DNA from: Macrostomum lignano
Taxonomy: Eukaryota
Direction: 5' to 3'
DNA length: 64,000 nucleotides
Assembly: GCA_002269645.1 (NCBI GenBank)
Contig: NIVC01000921.1
Span: forward strand, 310,001 to 374,000
Under the pieces are notes generated by a model that was not told the origin of the DNA, did no database searches, and saw nothing but the letters and a program-made list of their open reading frames with translations. Shown here piece by piece: positions 1-10,300 of this stretch (positions are counted from its first letter, which is position 1; each line of letters begins with the position of its first letter). The position numbers were made by a program, and so were the translations under genes.

Positions 1-2389
1 GTCTTCTTTAACACCTGGTACGCGGGCGTCTGTTCCACATCCTTTTCGTACTCTGCGACTTTCTGCTTTAAGTCGTCGAATTCCTGTAGGCACAATCTCA
101 GAGCCCCATCTTTGAGGAAGTCGCAGAATGACGCAATAATTCTGTCGTTGATGAGAGCATGAATCTCATCGACGCACTTCTTCTCAATGTCTTTCTGAGA
201 CATATCGGCTGAAATCACCGATTCCGAGTACTTCAGCGCTCTGACTTCGTCGAGAATGAGCGGCTTTCTTTCGGCGAAGAATAGACCTGCTTGTCTCAAC
301 AGCTCGTCTCGATTTTTCTCCACGATGCTCTTAGACTGCTGGTGGATCTCCTGCTCCAGGCTCTTGATTTGGTAGAGCGCCTTCTTCTTGCGCAAGTTCG
401 ACTCTTTGATGTTGGTGGCCTTGTCCATGAACAGTGTGAGAATCTCGCTTTGAATGCGCCTCAGGCCGCCACCAGAACTCACGATGAGGTTTCGAAATTG
501 ATCCTGAGCGAACTTGAGAATTCTCGTCTTGACCTCCTCGAATCGTCTGACCCACTTTGAGTTCTCCATCTCCTTGAGAGCCTCAGGGTCGAGCTTGTTC
601 TTCTTGATCATGAGTTCCTTTTTGCGACGGAATCGCCTTACTTCCCAACACGAGACGCAAAGGAACTTGTTGCATTTCTCTTTGGTTTCGTTCGGGCTGA
701 TGTAGCCGAGACGCTGCAGCTTAGAGAAGACGCGCTCAGCCTTCTCTTCTTCAATCTCCTGCGCTGGTCGATTGGCTTCCTGCTCTGTGTCTTTCGAGAC
801 ATCCATCTTAGTGACAAGATAGAACACCTCAGCGCCAAGCACCGTTTTCTTAATCGTGGTTAAGTCCTTTTGGACCTGCAGTTTTAATATTCAATGCAAG
901 AATATTGTCAAAGTTTATATTTACAGTTTTATCGTACTCATATATACACAGAATTCTTCTTAGGTGTTAGCTACTAGAAGCAAAAAAAGTAATAACTTCT
1001 ACTTTGAATATACCAGCTCAGACAACAGCTAACTTTTTACTTTTTGGATACATATGCTCTCTCTGTTGACTATACTATGCAGTAGAAAATAGTAAAGAAT
1101 GGGAAGTAGAAAAACACGTCGGGTTTTCCCTGAATGCTTCCATTTCAATAACCAGCATCGATTGTCCTACGGTAGTACCGCACTGCAAGTGTCAGTTCAT
1201 TGATAGAATTATGCCAGTTTGTAATGGAACTCACGGCAACGGTGATGCCCGAGTTCGAGTCGATGACGTAGATGATGATCGGTAGAAACGAGTCGATCGC
1301 CCCCAGCGTCAGCGAGTCCAGAGACGAGTTCTCGTTCAGTCCTGGCGAGTCGATGATGTCGATGCCGTGTCGCAGGAACTCGCACTTGATGCCGGCCTCG
1401 ACAGTCGAGCTGATGAGCTCATCATTCTCGCGGTCCTCGTCTTTCAGCTTGACGAGGTCCTCCTCGATTGTCGGCTTCTCGAGGTACTGGACGTCTCCGA
1501 TCTGCTCGCCGGTCTTGGATCGCACGAGCACGTAGATTCGGTCGGAGTAGGTGAGCCGGGTGACTCGGGCGGTGCATGGGGACTGCGACTGGGCCACGAA
1601 GGTTCCGCCTGCGAATATCGAGCGCATTTTTTGTTATGAAATTATACACATTGTCCTGGTTTTACTGGCTCAAAGATACTCATCAGCTACCGGATTTTCT
1701 TTCAAGTGAAATCTAAGAATCAAATCTAAAGTGTGGACAGGGATTTCTAGAAGTTTGTCTTCAATTTGAGGAGAATATTATTCTCCAAATAAAATAGTAT
1801 TATTTTTGAATGAAGATTTGGGCATTAATGCTTGTCAAGGCATTGGGAAAAATTTTGCTAGTTTAGCTCAGATAATCTGTGTTCTTATTGGGTGAATATC
1901 CTTTGAGAGGAAAATTAACATTCATCTATATCTTGTATACTACTGGAAGTAGACAACAATTTGCTGTTCCTTCGTAGCAGATCTAAATGGATTTTATCTA
2001 AAAAACATTGAATTGATGATAAAAGATATTGACAGCACTTGAATTTTTTAGCAGAAGTTAAACAGCTGCTCACCCAGAAGTTCATTTATGAAGGAGCTCT
2101 TGCCCGACTTGGTCTGGCCAACAATGATGATGCACGGCTTGCTGCTGTCACTGGAACCCGTCTGGTTGCCCCTGTACAGCTGGTTCACCTTTTGCCTCAC
2201 GGGTTCAAATTTTAGCGACTCTTGCAACTTTGCTGAGAATTCCGGAGACAAAGCCTTGGAAAAGCTCTCCGTTAACAGTCTCTGCGTAGTGTCCAGGTGC
2301 TCTTTGATCAGGTCCCGGTTGCTTCGGAATTCGGCAATCTCCTCGTCCAGAAAGCCGCTCGGCTGCGCCTCCGCTTGCGAGATGGCCAT
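1..2389 (-). CDS. Dynamin/mitofusin-like GTPase, DSTYK-like paralog copy A (5' part; continues beyond window start). Exons 2389-2075, 1608-1235, 875-<1
   Basis: GT-AG introns are phase-consistent (1, 0). G1 IIIVGQTKSGKSSFINELLG, G2 region QSPCTARVT, G3 IDIIDSPGLNEN, G4 FYLVTKMD. These are followed by an open helical region (LQRLGYIS...CVSCWEVRRFRRKKE...EKDVEQTPAYQVLKKT) closely matching copy B, which ends in a DSTYK-like kinase. The kinase of copy A is not in the window. Confidence 0.88.
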
Positions 2390-4082
2390 GGCGGCTTTTC
2401 TGCAGCTTCAAGTCTCAGTTGGGGTCGCGCAGAGGCTCCTTGTAGCCTGGAGAGGCAGTGCTTTGTATTCGTGCCCTCGTACGCAGCCAAAAGTGTCTGC
2501 CTACTCCCTGGCCACACCAGTGTACGCTTGGCTGGCTGGGCCGCGAAGGCTTCTCTCTCTATTGGCTCGTATTTGAACTCCGCTTCTGCACGGCAGATTG
2601 CTGAGGCAGCCGTTTGCAGTGCAGTTCATTCCGAAAAAGAAAACAAGCCTTCCAATTCTCTCTCACTCTATTAGCCTGTGCGTTTTTGCTGCGTATCTGG
2701 CGCACCATCTTTGCGATACCCATTTGCCGAACGAGCTTTCTAGGTGTGCGCTGCAGTGATGCGCTATCCTACCCTATCTCTGATGTTAACTGCCCAGCAG
2801 TTGTTGGAGTAACATTTATAGTTTTATTTAAAGCTGATGTCAGTGCCTTAGCAAGCATTCAATTCAACATTCAAGCAGTTCTACTAGAGCAAAGTAGAAC
2901 TTTCAATAAAAATATTGAGAATTTTTATCCTCGTCTTTTTATAAGATAGATCTTTTATAATACAAGCAACAGTCATCATTAGATGCATATATTACAAGAA
3001 ATGTAAATACGAGTATATGGACGCCATAATGCAATTTTCCCATCAACCTGTTTTTAGCTTCACCTTCTGTTTTTGAGATCGGCTAAAGGCTGCTGTTTTG
3101 AGTTCGCATCAAAACTAGAATTTATCTAAACTCGATGCATTTAGACTCAGCTCGTTTTAGAATTTTTTCCTTTCCGAACACTAGCGGGAACGGCACTTGC
3201 TGAGCGCAACATGCAACTGCTTCCGGAGCTCGGGAAGTTCCGGTTGGCTAAATACTGCAGCTATTTCCCCTGTTCCGCTGGCAATCAGTCTCTCGACAGG
3301 GGAGAGTGGAGCCTGGCTCTGTGAGTCAGCTTTAGCGGAAGCCCGTTCGCATGGCAGGGAGATGGGTGCGATATGGACAGCGAGCCATTCTCGGGATACA
3401 AAGTTTTTCTAAGCCAAGCCGATAGCCGAACTGCTGTATAGAATAGGGAATGACACACGGAGTCGTCGCTGGGGCGGATGTCAGCCATTTCGAGGCTAAT
3501 TAGCATAATTATTCCACAAATCGTTCGGCCATTTTAGCGCGCAGGCGCGAGCAGAAATCGCCTTAACTTTCGCTCCCAACTGACTCTGGTAGGGGGGGGG
3601 GACACGCGTGGGAGCGGGAGAAGGGAAGAGATATCGGGCCAGAGTCAGGGCCCGCCCAGCCGACCTCCAATTGGGATGGTGATCATCGGGCGATGGATCG
3701 TTTCCGCTTTGGGGAGGACGGTTTCGGTGAAAGCAGTTATCTGGGCAACATGTGGCCGCGCAGGGGCGCGCAGTCCTCTTGGGCCTGGATTACGGGAGCC
3801 AAATCCCCCCCCCCCCTATCTCTAGTCCCACACGCTGCAGTGTAGAATAAATTGAATAAGAAGAGCCCTGGGGGATGAGAGGAAGCCGCCAAGCCGCCAA
3901 TAGCAGCTGGCCCGCGAGGCTATAAAAGATGGAGAATCGAGCTGGGTTGGGACTCGCGCTTGTCAACTGCTGAGACCGTCTGTCGCGCCGGAATCATGTT
4001 TACTTGGACAGAGCGTAAGTTTTTATATCGGCGTAGCATACTTGTATTATTCAAAACAGGCAGTGGCTGACCTTGATATGTC

Positions 4083-5175
4083 AAGTTTTTCTGTTCGGCC
4101 GTCGCCGACACAGGCCTTATAGTAGGTGCGGGAGTCGTTGAGACCCCCATCTAAAAGCGCTAGATACCAGAGAATCTTGGCAGACTGCAGCTACGTTACT
4201 CTACGGGCATATACTCGATGCTTACTACTGGCAGTAAGGATACATATTTCGATCGCTGCTAATAATCCCGGGGATGATTTCTGTTTGTCATTGCTATATG
4301 CCTTCTAACGGCTCTATAGCTTCGGAAATGCAGTTTTCAAGCTTCGCTCTGCATCTGTAAGTTTTTGAATTGAAGTGGAGCAACAAATTGGCACCTGCAG
4401 CAGGTGTGCAGCTGAGAGGCCAGTGATGGCAGGCTTTGATAGGCACTGCCCCCGCTAACTGTAAGGTGCAGTTTCGCTGTAAACAATCCATCAGGCTGCA
4501 GGTTAATAGATGCTTAGAAAAATTGTTCAAATCTTGCTCGCTCGGCAAGAAGTTTGTTATCGCGCAGCAGCCGAAGTCAAGATGGCTCACCAGCTACAGT
4601 ACAGATACCTTGGCAAGTTTTTCTGTTCGGCCGTCGCCGACACAGGCCTTATAGTAGGTGCGGGAGTCGTTGAGACCCCCATCTAAAAGCGCTAGATACC
4701 AGAGAATCTTGGCACATCAGACTGCAGCTACGTTACTCTACGGAATTCATTTTCCTATGCATATACTCGATGCTTACTACTGGCAGTAAGGATACATATT
4801 TCGATCGCTGCTACCTATAATCCCGGGGATGATTTCTGTTTGTCATTGCTATATGCCTTCTAACGGCTCTATAGCTTCATTTATAATTTAAACAGGAAAT
4901 GCAGTTTTCAAGCTTCGCTCTGCATCTGTAAGTTTTTGAATTGAAGTGGAGCAACAAATTGGCACCTGCAGCAGGTGTGCAGCTGAGAGGCCAGTCAAAT
5001 ACCGATGGCAGGCTTTGATAGGCACTGCCCCCGCTAACTGCCCGATAAGGTGCAGTTTCGCTGTAAACAATCCATCAGGCTGCAGGTTAATAGATGCTTA
5101 GAAAAATTGTTCAAATCTTGCTCGCTCGGCAAGAAGTTTGTTATCCGCGCAGCAGCCGAAGTCAAGATGGCTCAG
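4083..5175 (+). repeat. Tandem duplication (about 510 and 560 bp) of the upstream region and start codon of copy B
   Basis: CAAGTTTTTCTGTTCGGCCGTCGCCGACACAGGCC...GAAGTCAAGATGGCTCA occurs at about 4083-4589 and again at about 4614-5175. The first copy carries several short deletions. Confidence 0.93.
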
Positions 5176-8100
5176 GCCAGCTCCAATGCCGTCCAGGAGG
5201 ACCGGGACTTCCTGTCCAGGGAGATCAAGCGATTCTACGCCAATCGGGACCAGCTCAGAAAGACTCTGCAAGAGACACAGGAGTTCGTCGAGACCAGGTT
5301 CGCGCAGAATCTGTCAGCCGAGTTCTCCAGTCTGGTCATGCAGAACCTGCAGTTGGACAGCGTGTGGCAGCTTGTCAACCGGCTCTTCAACGGGCACCGC
5401 GGCGGCTCCGATGGCAGCAGCCGGCCGTGCATCATCATCGCTGGCCAGACCAAGTCCGGCAAGAGCTCCTTCATTAACGAGCTGCTAGGTTGGTAGTCAA
5501 ACCAGCCGGACCTTAATGTCTGGTCTTGATTTTGTTAAAATTAAAAGAATCCTTTGTATCTTTACGAATCTCTTCATTCTTATTCTCGTTTTTGGGCTCA
5601 GTTTTTAACAAAAAAATTAATAGTAATTGATTACACCTGGCCGAACGGGCAGATGTGCAACCGATAGCTCAGCCGCAGCTATTGCGCGGCGCATCTGAAG
5701 GCTGAGTACGGCTGTTCAGTCCAAGGACTGCATGGGGGGTCGCCACACACAGCCTCAATTACCCCAGCTAATGCTGGCACCCATTTTACAGCTGGGTGAA
5801 CTGAAGCAATGCAGAGTTAAGTGTCATGATCAAGGTCAAAAATTGTTCCGAGTGGGTCGAGAATCGAACCCCCGACCATTCAGTCGCGAGTCCAACACTC
5901 TAACCACCAGGCTACAACCCCAACTACAACTTAACCTGCTTTTCTTCCTATTTACACTAGAATTACAATAATTTTAGTTAATCCCAAAGTTTCTTATTCT
6001 AATATACATTTTTGTTAAAAATTAACAAAACAAAATAATCGAATATACAGAGTGGCCCAGGTAACGCGCCTGATTTAAAGTAAAATGTTAATAACTTTTG
6101 TTATTTGCAACCAACGCGCCTGACAAAAGTTATTAACGTTTTAAATCAGGCACTTACGTGGGCCACCCTGTATAAATTGTGCACCCAACAAGCGCAATTC
6201 GCGTTAGTCTTCTGTTATCCAAGCCAGTTCTACAAGAAAATGAATAATTACTGCCTAGATGGGTCGTGAGGTGGCAGAGATGGAAGCTGAAAAGGCCGAT
6301 CATGTTACTTGCTTCAGCGCCTTGGATATATTAGCAAGGATGCCACGAGGCAGTCGTGCAGGAAGTTCTTGTGCGTCTCCTGCTGGGAGGTGCGGCGATT
6401 CAGGCGTAAGAAGGAGATGATTGAGAAGAAGATGAAAAAGTCAAAGACTGCCGAATCCGGTGAGAAGCTGATGTCTGATCTCGTGAAGGAAATGGAGAAC
6501 TCAAAATGGGTCCGGCAATTCGAAGAAGTAAAGCGACGAATCCTTCAGTTTGCTCAAGATCAGTTCAAAAACCTGATTGTTGGAGCCGGAAGTAGCCTCA
6601 GGGCTGTGCACTGCCAGATTCTCACAATGTTCATGGACAAGGCCCACGACATTAAAGAGTCTAACCAGCGCAAGAAGAAGGCGCTCTACCAAATCAAGAG
6701 CCTGGAGCATGAGATCCACCAGCAGTCTAAGAGCATTGTGGAGCGACACCGCGGCGAGTTCCTGGCTCAGGCAAACAGATTTTTCGCAGAGAAGAAGCCT
6801 CTAATTCTCGATGAGGTGCGATCGATGAGCTATTCGGATTCGGTTATTTCTGAGGGCATGTCTCAGAGGGACATTGAGAAGAAGTGCATAGAAGAGATTC
6901 ACACTCTCATTAATGACAGAATAATAGCAACTTTCAGCGACTTCTTGAGGGATAATGTTTTGAGAACTTGCTTCACAGACTTCGATGATCTTAAGGAAAA
7001 GGTTGCAGAGTACGAGAAGGACGTAGAGCAGACACCAGCCTACCAGGTGCTGAAGAAGACACTGCTCGAGGGCTACTCCTTGTCGTCCAAAGCAATCGTG
7101 CGCGGATCTGTGACCTGCTTCATTCGAAACATCGGAAGCACTTTGCGGGCACTGTTGAAGCATCCGGACATCTTCTTGGGCAAGGCTGTCCAGCACCACA
7201 AGTGGAAGGAGCATCAAGCTAGTCAATACCTTAGTAAGTCTTGCACCTTTATGCGCGTACACCTTTTTGAATGCGAACACGCCCAAATTTATTTTCTTTA
7301 CAACGTCTAAATTTCAGAAAACATTGACAGAGAAAAGCTTGTCGCCTGTCTTGTATCCAGCATTGGCGAGTGGTTCGACAAGAGGCACTCCGACTTTTTG
7401 CACTCGATGAGCTACTCGGAAGTGCTCGTTGAGAAGTCGTATCGAATGACTGACCGCGAGCGCAAGGAAATCATCAAACTGTCGCCGATTGTGGCTCTCC
7501 TGCACATGAACGCCTTTGCCATCATCACTCGATACAAGTTTCGCAATCACCGGCTGGACCTGGACAACTGTCTGGGCTCTGGGGCCCAGGGCCGAGTCTA
7601 CACAGTACTCTCGCCAACCGGAGAGCCCGTGATGGCAGCCAAGAAGATTGTCACCAACCGGGCCGGGCTGGAGGAAATCGCGGCCGAGGCCTACTACAGC
7701 AGGTGTGCGGGATTTGAAATGCACTGTTCGTATTACAGCAGCAGAATAGCTCGGGCCAAACTACCTGGGTTCGATTACGAGTCCAGCCACAGTAATTTGG
7801 GGTTCGAGCATGGAAATTGTGACCCGAGGCGGGGACTTGACTTGCCGATTTTTGTCCATGAGGACCAATAACCAAGATACTCAAGGGCTGAGCTGTTGTT
7901 GAGTTATAACTAGCTGCTTGCCTCCTAGCTAGCTGCGGGTGGACTGTCTTATTCGGCCAAACAGCCCCTCCATGCAATGCATTAGCCTCAAGCGAAATCC
8001 TAGAGCTAAAATCTGAAGTCTGACTGTCATCACCCTTGCAGCGTTCTCGAGCATCCGAACATCGTTCGGGTTGTTGGCACTGTGCTGCTTGAGAATGCCA

Positions 8101-9163
8101 AGCATAATGGCCAGTGGTCCGTTGAGTTATACATGGAGCTGATGCACTGCGACGCCCTCACCCTGATGGAGCAGCAGCGACTGAGTTTGGCTAAAAGACT
8201 CTGGCTTGGGTTGCAGATTTCCAAGGCGCTGGAGTTTCTCCACTCCAGCCAGCTTATTCACCGCGATGTGAAACTGGCAAACCTTCTGGTAAGAAGTACT
8301 GTTTAAAAGTGCCAAAAAGGTTCGATGGAATTAGGTTTAATTGATTCTTGTGTGGTTAAAGGTTAAAGAAAGTTGTGTTGCTATTCAACTTTTTGCGCAT
8401 CTGTGCAGCTTGGCAGACTTTTAGTTGCCAACGGCAACTGCAAAATGGCCGAATGCCAATGTTTTCCAACTATCTCTCAATGTGTTCTTACTGCCACTTG
8501 CAGGTAAACTCAGAGGCAACGGTAGCCAAGCTCTCAGACTTCGGCTTGCTAAAAAGCCAGGGTCTCGTTGGTCACACTCTGGTCGGCACTCCAATCTACT
8601 TGTCGCCGGAGCTGGTGCGGCGCGAGAACTACGGGGTCAGCACAGACATTTTTAGTTTAGGCATCGCCCTGTGGTATCTTGTGTAAGTTGGGTGTTCGAC
8701 TGAGTCTACAGTATCAAAGTCTCATGACTCGAGCTAAGTTAGAGTCTCAGATGCACTTTTGTTTATTAAAAAAATTCGTTTGGTTCGTTCGGTGAAATAC
8801 TACGGGATATCAGCACTCCCGACATACTACTGGATGATCCAGCATATTTCAACGTTCATAGATACACGTAAAGGATTAAAATACGACTTAAACTTCCTTG
8901 AAGTCATTTTCCTCAAAAAACACTGCAGCGAGGGCAGCGGCCAGCATCATCCTGACTACGTGACCAACCTGAAGACCGTCGAAGAGGTGCTCGCTGCCAC
9001 CTCGGAGCGCGGCTGCCGGCCTAACCGGCTGCCTGAAGCCTCCGACCAGCTGTGGCAGCTCATGGTCCGCTGCTGGGACGAGACGCCGGCCAAGCGACCG
9101 ACAGCTGGGCAAGTTTCGGCCAGCCTGGAGGCTATCATAAAAGCACTGGAAGCTGGCCAGTGA
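5167..9163 (+). CDS. DSTYK: DSTYK-like paralog copy B: G1 exon, stalk and intact protein kinase; G2-G4 segment missing. Exons 5167-5488, about 6259-7233, 7318-7702, 8042-8288, 8504-8682, 8929-9163
   Basis: Kinase motifs LGSGAQGRVY, AAKK, IAAEAYYS, IHRDVKLANLL, SDFG, VGTPIYLSPEL, DIFSLGIALWY and RGCRPNRLP...WQLMVRCWDETPAKRP resemble the DSTYK C-terminus as I recall it. From ATG 6417 to stop 9163 the spliced frame is open (1863 nt, all phases consistent). Exon 1 cannot be joined in frame to 6309, and there is a frameshift near 6305 relative to copy A. Strict orthology is not established. Confidence 0.85.
5620..5921 (-). mobile_element. tRNA-derived SINE (full-length copy) in intron 1 of copy B
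   Basis: The reverse complement begins GGGGTTGTAGCCTGGTGGTTAGAG (A box) and contains GGTTCGATTC (B box). Body and tail match the copies at 14144, 16874 and 18955. Confidence 0.88.
6048..6170. mobile_element. 123-bp Tc1/mariner-type MITE
   Basis: TA|CAGAGTGGCCCA...TGGGCCACCCTG|TA: terminal inverted repeats flanked by TA. The interior is also largely self-complementary. Confidence 0.8.
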
Positions 9164-10081
9164 CTTTACAACCAAGGCTGTGCCTACCTTGGATTCGCTA
9201 CTTATAAAGTCGTGATTTTTGACCAATAAAATAATAAACTGCATTGTTATTTAGTTGTAGTGAGTAGAGAATATTTTTGAAGCAATCTTGGCGTGCTGCA
9301 TGCTGATGCGAATGGAAACTTGAGCACCCCCAAACTGACTCCTATCTAGTAACAAATTCTGAGACAGTCCATCCCATCCGGGTCCAACGGTCCATCCTTT
9401 GGGCTCATAATAAATAATTCTTGACTGAGAATGCCAGTCTTAGTCCAATAAGAGTCGAATAATACGTAGTCTAATGGTCCAAAACATACTTCACTACAGT
9501 CAGGACCTTTTTACCCTTCGTATGTTTTCAAATCGTTCGGCTCGGCAGGAACAGCTAAAATCCATCTAACTACGAGTGTAGCGTGAATTGCATGATGAAG
9601 CAAAATTTTTTTTGCTGAGACCGTAAATTTAAGTTCCACTGAAAACTCTAGAAGTGTATCAAGTAACGCTGCAGTGCATACTCGCAATGTCATTACTTTC
9701 TTTGCTCATATTTTTCGTTTTTTAATTAATCGATGATTTTCATTACAATTTCGTTGAAATTATTTTTCACTAGTATTGTTTGAAATATTTGATGAAATTG
9801 CTATTCAGACTGCGTCCAAGATGACGCTCCGATGGATAGCACTGCGATAAAGAGTTTATTTCAATATATTATGAATAATGAGCTAAGTTGGACGCAGAGC
9901 AATGAATATTTCGCGTCAAACTTTCTTTTGCAGTCTTTTACGCTATGTAGTAATAAACCTACAAGCCTACAAGCTTCAAGTTGCTTGCCTGAGATTGCTG
10001 AATCCTGTTTACTAAGGAGCTATACTGTAGATAAGATATGTGTAGTATATACGTTACCATTTCGAGTCGAATCTCTTTGCA

Positions 10082-10119
10082 GAGGAAAGAGAGAGAGAGA
10101 GAGACGGAGAGAGAGAGGG
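10082..10119. repeat. (GA)n microsatellite upstream of copy C
   Basis: GAGGAAAGAGAGAGAGAGAGAGACGGAGAGAGAGAGGG. Confidence 0.85.
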
Positions 10120-10300
10120 TCGGAGCTGGTGTGCGTTGAGTTGCACAGAACACATCTTGGTGTACACTATAGCTACCTGTCTCCGAACCCTTTCTCTCAA
10201 TCTGACAAGCTAACAGCAGCAACAATATCTGCCCCATACAGTGTACGGCAATTTTATGCATTATCTCTCTCACCTGCCTGCACAGATCGACAAGCAGCAA

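Noticed and set aside
5850-5921. tRNA genes (also 14144, 16874, 18955, about 32830-32890, about 49500-49570)
   Set aside because: A and B boxes are present, but there is no proper acceptor stem. The first four continue into a shared SINE body and the others are degenerate heads.
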